Positions 52,441 through 64,000 of a stretch of DNA of 64,000 bases are shown piece by piece (within the stretch, counting starts at the first letter, position 1; the number at the start of each line of letters is the position of its first letter). The DNA comes from Octopus sinensis. Lineage: Eukaryota. The notes under the pieces were generated by a model, which had not been told where the DNA came from, did not search any database, and worked only from the letters and a program-made list of their open reading frames with translations. The stretch lies in contig NC_043001.1 in the NCBI RefSeq assembly GCF_006345805.1, positions 90,272,001-90,336,000 of the forward strand. The letters are read 5' to 3'. Both the position numbers and the translations under genes were made by a program.

Positions 52441-53039
52441 TTTTTAAAATCTTTCTATCTGTAAGAGTGTGTGCGTGTCTGTGTCTGTGTGTATGTATGC
52501 GTGTATGTGTGTACGTATATATGACTAATGTCCCGTCTGTGTTTTTGTGTCGTCTTCTAAATGTTTCACGTTCTTGTCCTAGTTTGTATTTTTTTACTTT
52601 TACATATGTACATAAGCGACGACGTACCCCTTTTTGATCCTATACGTAAGTATATATTCTTTAACACATGGTACGACTCTACAACACTGTCTCTCTCCCC
52701 CCTCTCCTACATTTCTCTGCCTTTCACACTTTGCACTCCACTTGATCTGTCTCTTTCTCTCTCTTTCTTCTCCTCCTCCTTTGTTCCTTGTTCCCCTTCT
52801 TTCTCTCTTCATCTGTCCCTCCTTTTCCTCTCTCTTTCCCTCACGTGACTAGCCACCGATTGCTGGCCTTTCGCGTCCAGCAGCCGTTGTGGCAAAACAC
52901 ACTTGTTTGTCTCTCTGTAGCCTTAAGGCTCTCTTCAAACGCCAGCTCAAAACTTTACTCGTCCTGTCGAAAAGACGCTTATCTGTGACATCCTATTTTT
53001 GTTGTTATTATTATCATTATTGTTTTTACGTATTTTTGT

Positions 53040-53295
53040 ATTTTTATTCGTGTAACATCGTCCGTTTTCCGTCCCTGTTTTGTATACATTCGAGGCTTTC
53101 TTCCAAGGAATCTAATGCGCTTGACTTAGATTTTCCTTTGGGGCTGGCCAGTTCGGAGCAATCTCAAGATTAATCAGCCGAAATTGTGAAGATGATCCAG
53201 TTCTTGACTGAAGATTGAAAGCTTCGAATTTTTTGTGTCGTCTTCTAAATGTTTCACGTTCTTGTCCCAGTTTGTATTTTTTTACTTTTACATAT
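53040..53295 (+). repeat. Unclassified short unit ending at (TA)n; its last ~66 bp also at 52542-52607
   Basis: TTTTTGTGTCGTCTTCTAAATGTTTCACGTTCTTGTCC(T/C)AGTTTGTATTTTTTTACTTTTACATAT present twice. Confidence 0.65.
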
Positions 53296-53306
53296 ATATA
53301 TATATA

Positions 53307-53607
53307 TGTGGAGGCACAATGGCCAAGTGGTTTGAGCAGCGGACTCGCGGTCGTAGGATCGTGGTTTCGATTCCCAGACCGGGCGTTGTGAGTGTTTATT
53401 GAGCGAAAACACCTAAAAGCTCCACGAGGCTCCGGCAGGGGGTGGTGATCCCTGCTGTACTCTTTCACCACTCTTTCTCCCACTCTTTCTTCTGTCGGCC
53501 TGCTCGCTTAGCCAGCGGGGTGGCGTCATTCGAAGGCTAAAACAATGCGAACGCATTGTGACCAGCGATGTGTAACTACATCTGATGGACTGGTCGGTCA
53601 CGTGATA
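53307..53607 (+). mobile_element. SINE family C head with tail type 3
   Basis: Same head as 44788; tail GGCCTGCTCGCTTAGCCAGCGGGGTGGCGTCATTCGAAGG..GGTCACGTGATA. Confidence 0.85.
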
Positions 53608-53614
53608 TATATAT

Positions 53615-54033
53615 CTTTACTCTCTTTTTACTCTTTTACTTGTTTCAGTCATTTGACTGCAACCATGCTGGAGCACCGCCTTTAATCGAGCAACTCGACC
53701 CCGAGACTTATTCTTTTGTAAGCCCAGTACTTATTCTATCGGTCTCTTTTGCCGAACCGCTAGGTAACGGGGACATAAACACACCAGCATCGGTTGTCAA
53801 GCAATGCTAGGGGGACAAACACAGACATACACACACACACGCACATATATACATATATATACATATATACGACGGGCTTCTTTCAGCTTCCATCTACCAA
53901 ATCCACTCACAAGGCTTTAGTCGGCCCGAAGCTATAGTAGAAGACACTTGCCCAAGGTGCCACGCAGTAGGACTGAACCCGGAACCATGTGGTTGGTAAA
54001 GAAGCTACTTACCACACAGCCACTCCTGCGCCT
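53615..54033 (-). mobile_element. SINE family A, full length
   Basis: Reverse complement of complete family A unit. Confidence 0.9.
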
Positions 54034-54059
54034 ATATATATATAAAGGCAAAAAGAAAA

Positions 54060-54262
54060 ACGTTCGAACGGTTCTTGGACGAATTTCTTCAAGAAATACC
54101 AAGCAGACGAGCAACATCAGAATACATTTCTGGCCAAGAGTAGCTTCCTATGCCAGTGGGATACGGTATCACAAAACATAACTTAACAGGATGTTCTAGA
54201 CGGTGCAATTAATTTAAACATGGCCTGCACGAGTGGTGGCCGACACCTAAGTTATTTAAGAT
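54060..54262 (+). mobile_element. CR1-like LINE 3' end
   Basis: TFERFLDEFLQEIP resembles the CR1 ORF2 C-terminus (FKxxLDxFLxxIPD), followed by CGGTGC..CATGGCC..GGCCGACACC tail. Confidence 0.5.
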
Positions 54263-54518
54263 TTATGTATATGTACATTACGTAATACATACATACATAC
54301 ATACATACATACATACATACATACATACATACATACATACATGTATTGAAATGAAGGGAGAGGGAGCAAGAGAGAAATCAGCGGAATTTGATTCTTAAGG
54401 GCACTATATAATATACTATACTTTAAATCTATAACAATCGATTATTTCTGCTGGATATAGAATACGAATTCTAAAACTATTGCTTTGCCAGCGATGCTAT
54501 CTAAAACAAATTACTAGA

Positions 54519-54665
<147 letters not shown>

Positions 54666-55069
54666 ATATGTATGTATGTGTATATATTATGTATTCATGT
54701 TTGTGTTTGTGTGCATGTATATATATATATATATGAAGCACGAGGAGTAAAAATATTTCGTTAAAATTAGATTTAACATAATTCAAATTTACATAAGCAG
54801 CAACAGCTTTTCAACGCTTTTTGTTAAAAAGGTTTCAGCAGAAATAAAATAAAATGAAAATAGAAATGGAAAATAAATTTAATCTATTACCATAATTTAT
54901 TTAGACTTGGTTCCTGTTTTTCATTTTTCTAAAACGTTTTCTGCTCACCTTACGTGCGCAAAACAAATGGATGAGAGTGAGAATGATTTTTTGTGTATCT
55001 CTGTCAATCAATATTTCTGTCTATTTGCCTGTATATGTATGCACGCTATATATATATATATATATATAT

Positions 55070-55135
<66 letters not shown>

Positions 55136-55185
55136 GAGTAGATAGATAGATGTATATATATACATATACATATACATACGTACAT

Positions 55186-55256
<71 letters not shown>

Positions 55257-55438
55257 TACATATACACACTTCTCACTGTTAATGCTTTTTTTACTATTCT
55301 ACACTAAGTAAACTTCCTTTGTTTATTCCAAACTGTGCATACTTCATTTTTTAAATCATTTTCTTACGTTAACCCACTCTCTTTATGTCTATCTTTGTAT
55401 TGTTCCCGTCATCCTATGCCCTGGAGGTAAATAGAGGA

Positions 55439-55484
<46 letters not shown>

Positions 55485-55655
55485 TAATAATAATAATAAT
55501 AATTTCATTTATTTGCCACAAGGACGCAGAATGAGGGTGATACAAAGACAGATATAAATTGTGGGGGGGTTTACATATAATGAGATGATAATAAAAGAAA
55601 GAAAGAAAGAAAGAACATACATGGTATACACTAAAAGGGAAGGGACCCATGCATA

Positions 55656-56054
55656 GCAGGAGTGGCTGTGTGGTAAGTAGCTTGCTAACCAACCACATGG
55701 TTCCGGGTTCAGTCCCACTGCGTGGCATCTTGGGCAAGTGTCTTCTGCCCCGGGCCGACCAATGCCTTGTGAGTGGATTTGGTAGACGGAAACTGAAAGA
55801 AGCCTGTCGTATATATGTATATATATATATGTGTGTGTGTGTGTTTGTATGTCTGTGTGTGTCCCCCTAGCATTGCTTGACAACGATGCTGGTGTGTTTA
55901 CGTCCCCGTCACTTAGCGGTTCGGCAAAAAGAGACCGATAGAATAAGTACTGGGCTTACAAAGAATAAGTCCCGGGGTCGATTTGCTCGATTAAAGGAGG
56001 TGCTCCAGCATGGCCGCAGTCAAATGACTGAAACAAATAAAAGAGTAAAAGAGT
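55656..56054 (+). mobile_element. SINE family A, near full length
   Basis: GCAGGAGTGGCTGTGTGGTAAG..AAATAAAAGAGTAAAAGAG. Confidence 0.9.
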
Positions 56055-56644
56055 ATAGCATACAAAGGTTTAAAAAACAAGAAAAAAGATGTGGCGGGGA
56101 AGATGATAGAGTTGTGGCACTCCTGATATAGGAAGCCCTCTAGGGATAATCGAAGGAGCCCCAATGTCCAGGATTTCCCTGAAACCCCATGAGCAAGTGC
56201 CCTCTCCAATTCCTTCTCTCCGACTCACAGGTCTACACTTAGAGAGGTACCATCCACTCTTGCCATTTTCGCATCTTTCACCTGCGTGTGTGTGTGTACA
56301 TGTATGTGTGTGCGTGAGTGTGCGTTTGTGTGTGCTTGTCACCCACCACAACCGCTGGTGTTGGTTCGTTTACATCCCTGTAAAAAGAAAGAAATCCAAT
56401 AGAATATTACCAGGCTATAAAAAATAAGTAGTGGGGTCGATTTCTCGACTAAGACATTTAAAATACAATTTGAAATCGTACATAAATAGAAATTTTTATT
56501 AAAATTTCATATCTCGACCTATTTAAAATCAAACTGGGCCAGATATCTACTAGAGTATTAGAAATTAATATAGCCTGTAAGTGGGGTGTTTATAAAGTGC
56601 CATATATTAATTAACGTATAATGTATGGCTAATATCTAAATTAT

Positions 56645-56820
56645 GACAGAATCGTTAACACATCGGGTAATATGCTTAGCAGCATTTTGTCCGTCTTTAT
56701 TTTCTGAGCTGAAATTCCGCCGAGGTCTACTTTGCCTTTTTTTTACTTTCGGGATCGATGTAATCGACTTACTCACTTCCCCGAAATTGCTGAACTTGTG
56801 CCAAAATTTGAAACCATTAT
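56645..56820 (+). mobile_element. SINE family D, diverged
   Basis: GACAGAATCGTTAACAC..AAATTCCGCCGAGGTCTACTTTGCC..AAAATTTGAAACCATT. Confidence 0.65.
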
Positions 56821-57276
56821 CTAAACTACGACAGAATCAAAACGATATTGTGGCTTAATCTAGAAGAAAATGACCGATATTTGGTCCTAACATAAGAAAT
56901 ATAAAATCACCGTGTTTAGTAATTCGAGTTTTATGGCGACAGCATTTTTAGTGGTTGCGACTCCTTAAAAAAAAAGGAAAAGAAAACGAATTAATGTCTC
57001 CAGTTTAACACTGACTTAAGGAGTATTTCTTTCAACCGTTTATTATATCATATTAAAACATAAATCTTGATATATGATGTTTAAGATATATAATCATTTC
57101 TATTAAAGACGGATACTTTTTCAGCAAACACAAAAAGTATTTCGTACACACACACAAACATGTATATATATATATATGTATGCATGTATGTATGAATGTA
57201 TGTATGTATGTATGTATGTATGTAGTATGTATGTATGTATGTATATGTATATGTATATATACAGGTATATTGTTAC

Positions 57277-57319
<43 letters not shown>

Positions 57320-57918
57320 TGTGTGGTGTGTGTGTGTGTGGTGTGTGCGTGTGTGTACGAAATACTTGTTAGTTTGATAACTATCTCATTATCCCAATTT
57401 AATACACACACATACATACATAATTACGTACATACGAAATATTTGTTAGTGTTTTGGTTGTCCCATTATACCTCTTAGATATACATTTAATAACTTGTAA
57501 GTGAAATTGGTAAACGGGAAATGTGTGGAAGCCTGTGGTATATACATACATACGCACAAACACACAAATACACACACGCGCGCGTATGTATATATGTGCA
57601 TGCAATTTATGTTTTTATTCTCACACCGCGTGAAAATCGATGTTGGTTTGCTTACAACTCTGTAACTTCGCTATTCAGCGAAAGAAATCCTATAGAATTA
57701 GTACCAAACTTAGAAAGATTAAGCAAGGGGTTAGATATGTTCGACAAAACCTCTCAAGGTGGTACTCCAGCATGGCTGCAGTCCGATTAAAAGCATTTTT
57801 ACCCTAATGTTTACACGCTGATATTTATATGTTATTTGTTTCGTGTGACACCATAGTTATTTCGCACGTTCGGATGACCTCTACTCAACTTCTGACGTCT
57901 AGACTTCTCCCTCTATAG

Positions 57919-58133
57919 CTACGTATTGGGCTAGCCTACTTCATCGTCTAGGGGCGTCCACACAACAACAATTCAAAAAGGAAAGTATTATTTCATGTTC
58001 TCGCAAGTTTCTGTACTCTAATGACATCACCATCTTACAACTCTCGCGGATAAGAAGAGAGTTTCTAAATTGGACAGAGAAATTGAGAGAAGTGATTTTT
58101 TTCAATGGTAGAACGTCTGTCATGTTTACAGAT
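57919..58133 (+). CDS. Candidate 215-nt exon (phase 1-0), TYWASLLHRLG..REVIFFNGRTSVMFTD
   Basis: CTTCTCCCTCTATAG| acceptor, GAT|GTAAGC donor, 71 open codons; the antisense frame is also open, so strand is not certain. Confidence 0.35.
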
Positions 58134-58211
58134 GTAAGCTCAAATCCCTCTGGCAACCTTCGACTTTTTCTATCGAAAAGGGGTTTTTCTACCCAATATT
58201 TACACGCCATT

Positions 58212-58361
58212 AGGGCGGCGAGCAGGTCGACTTTGCCTTTCATCCTTTCGGGGTCGATTAAATAAGTTCCAGTTACGCACTGGGGTCGATATAATCGGCT
58301 TAATCCCTTTGTCCTTGTTTGTCCCCTCTGTGTTTAGTCCCCTGCGGGCAATAAAGAAATA
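58212..58361 (+). mobile_element. SINE family D with internal deletion
   Basis: GGCGGCGAGC joined directly to AGGTCGACTTTGCC..AATAAAGAAAT. Confidence 0.8.
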
Positions 58362-58754
58362 AATATTTAGATGCCACAATCGCCAAAACAGAATCACTTC
58401 ATGCTCTCTCGAAGTTTGTATATTCGTATGAAGGCAATTGTACGCACATATATATTATTATCTGATATACAAACACTTGTGTAGCTCCTCCAATTCTTCT
58501 CCATTCATTTATTCTTCGGGTTTTGTTATCTTTTGCATATCATCTGCATAATGTTATCAATCCGTTTTTTTTTTTATTCTTGGTCTTTTTTCCAGGGCTT
58601 CTTTAGCAACCAACACGTTTAGCAGCCCATCTGCCTTTATACTATACCAAAGCACCTTCATCTTTATATTTCCGAGTTTCCACTTAATTCCTGTTTGGTC
58701 TTATATATAGCGATGTAGCATTTTTGTCAATCTAATCCTTGGCATTATTAATCT

Positions 58755-59480
58755 GACCGGGCTGAAATTCAAAACAAAGGTTGTACTTCACTCATTAGGG
58801 AACTTTTATACGCTGACGATTGCAATCTTGTCAGTCATTCTGAAACAGGTCTGCAATCACTTGTATCTACATGATGATTTGGGGTTGACCATCAACTTGA
58901 AGAAAACAGTTGTAATACATCAACCTGCATGGTGCTGTTTGTAACCCCGCTAAAATTTTTGTTAAAAGTAAGTTACTTGAGGTTGTTATCTACCTTGGAA
59001 GCTCTGTACAAAACGATGAAAATCTTGATACAGAAATACATCTGCGAATTCAAAGAGCAGCCAATGTATTTGGTGACTTGGAGCCACGCGTTTGGCACCA
59101 GCGACATATAAATAACAATACAAATTTGGCTCTTTACAAATCATTTGTCTAACCATCCTTGTTGCATTCTTGTGAAACATGGACATATTATTAAAGACAT
59201 TTAAAATTGTTAGAACAATTGCACCAAAAATTCTTTCGTCTCATTTTAAACATTAAATGGAGTTCTTTTACTCCTAACACAGATGTCCTTGAATCTGAAG
59301 GCATCACCTCAATTAAAGCTATGATTTTGAGAACCTAAATGAGATGGTGTGGTGAATGAACGCATGCCCAAACAGCTGTTTTATGGTGAGCTTGCACAGG
59401 GGAAACGCTATCGGCATAAACTTAAAAAGAGGTTTAAGGACGGCATAAGGACTATTATGAAGTCACTTGTGGGTCTTTCC
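58755..59480 (+). mobile_element. Decayed RTE-clade LINE fragment (RT domain to C-terminus)
   Basis: IRELLYADDCNLV..GLTINLKKTVVIHQP..SCETWTYY..RMPKQLFYGELAQGKRYRHKLKKRFKD. Confidence 0.88.
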
Positions 59481-60881
59481 AGAACATTGTCTGGTTTAAA
59501 AAGCCAGATCAGATGTCACGATGGTTCTAAGGTGTAGGTACAGGAGGTGGTCAAACTCTGCATAAGAAGTAGACAATCGCCGTGTATACGTGTATGTATC
59601 TATGTGTGTATGCATATATGTGTGCGCGCGTGTATGTGTCTGTATGTGTTTTTATTAGTGTATGTATGTGTGTATGTATGTATGACATATTTACATGTAC
59701 ATATGTTTCTATGGGGTTTACTTTAAATGTTCTTCCTCAACAGACTTCAAAGCATTTTGTTGAGGTTTCGCTTGCTGGATATGGCATGCATATATAAGTG
59801 CGGAATACTGCGAAACGCTACAATGGAAACAGTAATATGACACAAACAAAACAGATCTGATATCTGTCTATGTGACAGGGAAGTAAAGCCCTGTAGCGTT
59901 GTGGAAGCCAACTACCCAATGGATATGAGCATCTATCCCAAAATAGAGGGAAAAATATACATTTATGGTGAATTCATCGAGAACTTATTACTCTTGCATT
60001 GAAGTTATAAATTCGCATTTATCCCTGTTATCATAAATAAACTGAGATGTTTATGCATCTCAGGTTTGCATGTAAGCCTCGATGCACTGGGATTTTCCAA
60101 GAAAGAGTTAAGCAAGAAGAGTCGAACTTTCCAAACCCAATAGATTGGTGGAGATTTGTAAAAGATTAAAACATTCTGCATTTCAGTTTCCTGGAGTTAA
60201 CGTATGCACTCAGCTGCACTCAGCTACACCTGTTCATGTGTCATACACACAAGTTTATTAAGGAGACGTGTAACAACACGATTTGTGTGCAAGCATATCT
60301 AAGCCTATATAGAGCATCATGTCTGCACACAGTCAATCATGTGTAACTCCAGGAACTCTATTGACTAAATATACATCCATGCACATATACATGGGTACAT
60401 GCACGTATACATACATATATTCACACATAGATGCATACATGCTTGTGTGTATGCATGCACCTATGCAGACATACATAAGAACTTACATGCATACAAGCAT
60501 GCGTGCATACATGTAATACATGTTCACATATATATATGCATGCTTGCATATACACATACATGCATATATGCATGTTTGCATATACACATACATGCATATA
60601 TGCATGCTTGCATATATACATACATGCATGTATACGTGCATGCTTGTATACGTTAATAAATACTGATACTGCATACATGCATACATATTCATGCATTCAC
60701 ACATACAAACATATATACATACAGACATATACACAAATTACATACGTACATACATACATACAGACATACATTCATACATACCTGTATATTTAACATTTGA
60801 GGTTTTCCTTCAGTTTTTTTTTCTTCATTTGGGTAGAACGACTGTTTGACCTTGTTGAATTTTATCATCACATGCAAAAAG

Positions 60882-61034
60882 CTGGCATATATTTATGAGT
60901 GGAGCAAAATAGAACAGACGAGAACATTTCCTATTTTCCTGAGATTGGACGTCGTCCAAAAAGATCTCCGTAATCAATTATTGAATAACATTCCTGTTTT
61001 GGAGGCAGACAGATTGCCAAATTCGGAAGAATAA
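60882..61034 (+). CDS. Weak candidate terminal exon, LAYIYEWSKIEQTRTFPIFLRLDVV..RLPNSEE*
   Basis: 50 open, non-repetitive codons with AATAAA at the stop; acceptor (AAAAAG) weak. Confidence 0.18.
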   Translation: MAYIYEWSKIEQTRTFPIFLRLDVVQKDLRNQLLNNIPVLEADRLPNSEE

Positions 61035-61576
61035 AAAAACAATAATAATAAACTAAAAACATACGTAGTCATGAATAAACTAACTGAACGTTGTTGATGT
61101 ACTTTAAAATAATATATATACATATATACACATACAGACACACGCACGCACACACAGTCGCACACATACACACACCGACACTCACATGCACACACACACA
61201 CACGAATACATATGCGTGTGTGTATGGTCAATATATCGATGGAAATTCACTGATGTAGAGTTAGATGTAACTGGCAGATATCTCTCCTTATCGCAGTGTA
61301 TTATCTACTTGGTCGAGTACCGTGACTGTACCTCATAAAATATTTTTGTTTTGTTGAATCTCTTTAAATTATGATCAAGGATAAATTTAAACTCCTGCGA
61401 AACCAACAAATCAGACTACAATGATCTATAAATAAGTTACAGTACTGTTATACCAGACACAAGTACAGCAACAGGCGTGCACAGCAACTGACAAATAAGC
61501 TATTTATTCTTTCACGTAATGAATTTATACACACACATACGCACACACACTTGTATGTACGTATATATATATATAC

Positions 61577-61607
<31 letters not shown>

Positions 61608-61706
61608 TGTATGTATGTATGTATGTATATATATATGTATATATGTATAAATGTATATATATATATATGCATATATATATATATATTTATTTATTTATTT
61701 ATTTAT

Positions 61707-62015
61707 GCACCCTTTTCAAGCCTAGCCGGCCTCATGGGCCCGGTTTCCCGGTTTCTATGGCGTATGTGTTCCCCCCACCCCAGCTGGACGGGACGCCAGT
61801 CTATCGCAGCGTTACTCAAGAAACAGGAAGAAAGAGTGAGAGAAAGTTGGGGCGAAAGACTACAACAGGGGTTGCCAACACCCCCTGCCGGAGCCTCGTG
61901 GAGCTTTAGGTGTTTTCGCTCAATAAACACGCACAACGGCCAGTCTGGGAATTAAAACTGCGATCTTCCGACCGCGAGTCCGCTGCCCTAACCACTGGGT
62001 CATTGCATCTCCACA
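61707..62015 (-). mobile_element. SINE family C with tail type 1
   Basis: Reverse complement of the 44788-45069 unit. Confidence 0.88.
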
Positions 62016-62019
62016 CACA

Positions 62020-62059
<40 letters not shown>

Positions 62060-62070
62060 GAGAAGAAGAA

Positions 62071-62416
62071 ACCACCTTCGGTCATGAATGACCATGGGAT
62101 TGCACCTAGAAAGTTACCCTCTGAGATACAAGTCCGGGCAAGGTTGTTTGTGGAAGGCCAGCAGACGCCCATGCATACCAGTCTCCCTTCTCCACACCAC
62201 AGATATTATCCAAGGGAAAAGGCAATGGCCGATACAGCTTGCCACCAGTGTTGTTGCAACTCATTTCTACAGCTGAGTGAACTGGAGCAACGTGAAATAA
62301 AGTGTCTTGCTCACGAACACAACACGCAGCCCGGTCCGGGATTCGAGCTCGCAACACGCAGCCCGGTCCGGGATTCGAGCTCACAACCTCACGATCGTAA
62401 GCTCGACGCTCTAACC
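62071..62416 (-). mobile_element. SINE family B with 32-bp internal duplication
   Basis: Same body and tail as 33997-34333; CAACACGCAGCCCGGTCCGGGATTCGAGCTC at 62320-62350 and 62352-62382. Confidence 0.88.
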
Positions 62417-62889
62417 TCTATATGTATGTATATATATATATAGCAGACATCATTAATTATACAAGTACCTTCGGCACCGTCATACTGCACTTCAATAGTA
62501 TAGTAATCCACTAGTTCGATTCGGCTACCTGCGAAACTTTAATTCGCATAGAGTCGAATGCATAGATACATACGTACACACACATACTTATATATATATA
62601 TCGTGGCTATTGTGCAAAAATGTCGTAAGTCCAGAAAAGGAAAAAATAGCTCCACTATTCCATAGCAAAACTCTTGTACTACAATTTGACAATTCTTGAT
62701 ATCCAGGGATCTGAAGTAGCTGGAGATATGGTAGCTTGATCAATAGAACCGGCTGTTGCAAGCAAAAATAAATATTGAAAATACGCATTTGGCCAAATTT
62801 GGATATACGGCTGTTTAGCATAATAGCAACGATATATGTGTGCGTGGGTGTGTCTGTCTGTCTTTGTGAGTGAGTGTGTGTGTGTATGT

Positions 62890-63254
62890 ACAATTATAAA
62901 CAAGGACAAAAGAAAAAGATTTCTATGCCAATATGCTGAGAATAGACTTTAAATCGCCAATCACCACATACTTGCTTCTGCTTTTTTTCCATGGGTGCGT
63001 GTAAGTATTTCATTTATTTCTTATCGTATTCTCTACTGAAGAGGGGAAAATCCGTTGGATTAATTCCAAAATTGATTCAATATAGAGATAACGAAGTTTT
63101 TAAAAAAATTCTGTTAGTTTGCCTTCCTCGATTTCAGCACGACGTGTATTCATGGTGAATGTATATTGTAATGTGGTGATTGACGATTTAAAGTCTATTC
63201 TCAGCATATTGGCATAGAAATTTTTTTTTTTCTTTTTCCCTTGTTTATAATTGT
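62890..63254. mobile_element. 365-bp element with ~80-bp terminal inverted repeats enclosing a hammerhead motif
   Basis: 62890-62969 pairs with 63171-63254 (one substitution plus poly-A/T length difference); 201-bp spacer. Confidence 0.85.
63030..63088 (+). ncRNA. Type I hammerhead ribozyme motif with one core change (G12 to A)
   Basis: Stem I TCTCTA/TAGAGA; CTGAAGA; stem II GGGGAAAATCC-gtt-GGATTAATTCC; AAAA instead of GAAA; palindromic stem III ATTGA-T-TCAAT; AUA cleavage triplet at 63080-82. Confidence 0.65.
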
Positions 63255-63338
63255 TTATAATTTTCACCTTTAAAGGTATATAAATATGCTGGCCACTTTG
63301 ATGGAATTTTCGGAATAAAATTTTATCCTATATTAGAA

Positions 63339-63374
<36 letters not shown>

Positions 63375-63636
63375 AAGCAGAATAATATGGTCGTAATAAC
63401 GGTTGTGTAGTTTCATGTATCAAGGTAACGTAATGTTTACTTCAGGGAATCATCTCCAGTGACAGGACAAAACACATTTAACCGTTTCAATCTATCTGGA
63501 AAGTTTACACCAGAGTAGGGAGGGGAAACTGGTAAAACTGTGGAACTGATAAGATAATCGAAGAGCTGTTAAGTTATCTATAATTCTGTGTTGGAAATAA
63601 GCCAAAGCTGTCTCAGCTTTTCTTTTTTCTTTCCAG

Positions 63637-63693
63637 AGAACAGAGAAATAGCAATGGCGAATCAAGTTTAGAGATCGCTATAAAAATAGCTCA
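63637..63693 (+). CDS. Candidate 57-nt exon (phase 2-2), EQRNSNGESSLEIAIKIA, ankyrin-repeat-like
   Basis: TTTTCTTTTTTCTTTCCAG| acceptor, TCA|GTAAGA donor, one open frame; resembles ankyrin NxxGxTxLxxA. Confidence 0.45.
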
Positions 63694-64000
63694 GTAAGAA
63701 AATAGTATCACATATCCAGGATTTACATGAAAAAGGATATCTTTAATATAATAAATTATACGTTTGTAGCAACTGGCAGATAAACTATATTCTTTGACAT
63801 TTGATGGATATATGGGTTTGGATATTTTGATTATGGTTTGCTGAGTTTTTTTTATTTTTAATTGACGTTGAAGTCACGCAAAATATAAGATTTCTTGAAG
63901 GAAGTGGGTTCTACAGCAATTCTTTCTTGCAGCTCATTGAAGGAAATTCAGTGAAACTGATAACTGCATTAATTCCTAACAGAATTGCACATATATGTGA

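Noticed and set aside
53194-53235. CTGAAGA..CGAAT as a hammerhead
   Set aside because: No pairing stem II, and GAAT instead of GAAA.

Overview
AT-rich, repeat-dense eukaryotic DNA. The mix of tRNA-headed SINEs with internal microsatellite linkers, abundant (TA)n/(CA)n/(CATA)n/(GATA)n/(TTA)n/(CTT)n arrays and old transposon debris most resembles a coleoid cephalopod (Octopus-like) genome; this is inference from repeat content. There is no intact long ORF, CRISPR array, rRNA or true tRNA gene, and most listed ORFs are microsatellite read-throughs. Recognisable content: about 30 SINE copies or fragments in four working families (A-D); RTE, Dong/R4, CR1-like and Penelope-like (GIY-YIG) retroelement remnants; a full-length decayed IR/DR Tc1 element; several mariner remnants; hAT and other MITEs; a ~1.19-kb tandem duplication that may be an assembly artefact; and several short splice-flanked open frames that may be exons of an unidentified large-intron gene, one of them ankyrin-like. 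The most notable signal is a set of type I hammerhead-ribozyme-like motifs with palindromic stem III (63030-63088, 18057-18142, 10118-10221; weaker at 3523-3550 and 52351-52400). Three lie in short elements with long terminal inverted repeats and one lies directly behind a Penelope endonuclease remnant. There are also two near-perfect long fold-back duplications (24443-24738, 27016-27299). Coordinates of decayed repeats are approximate.
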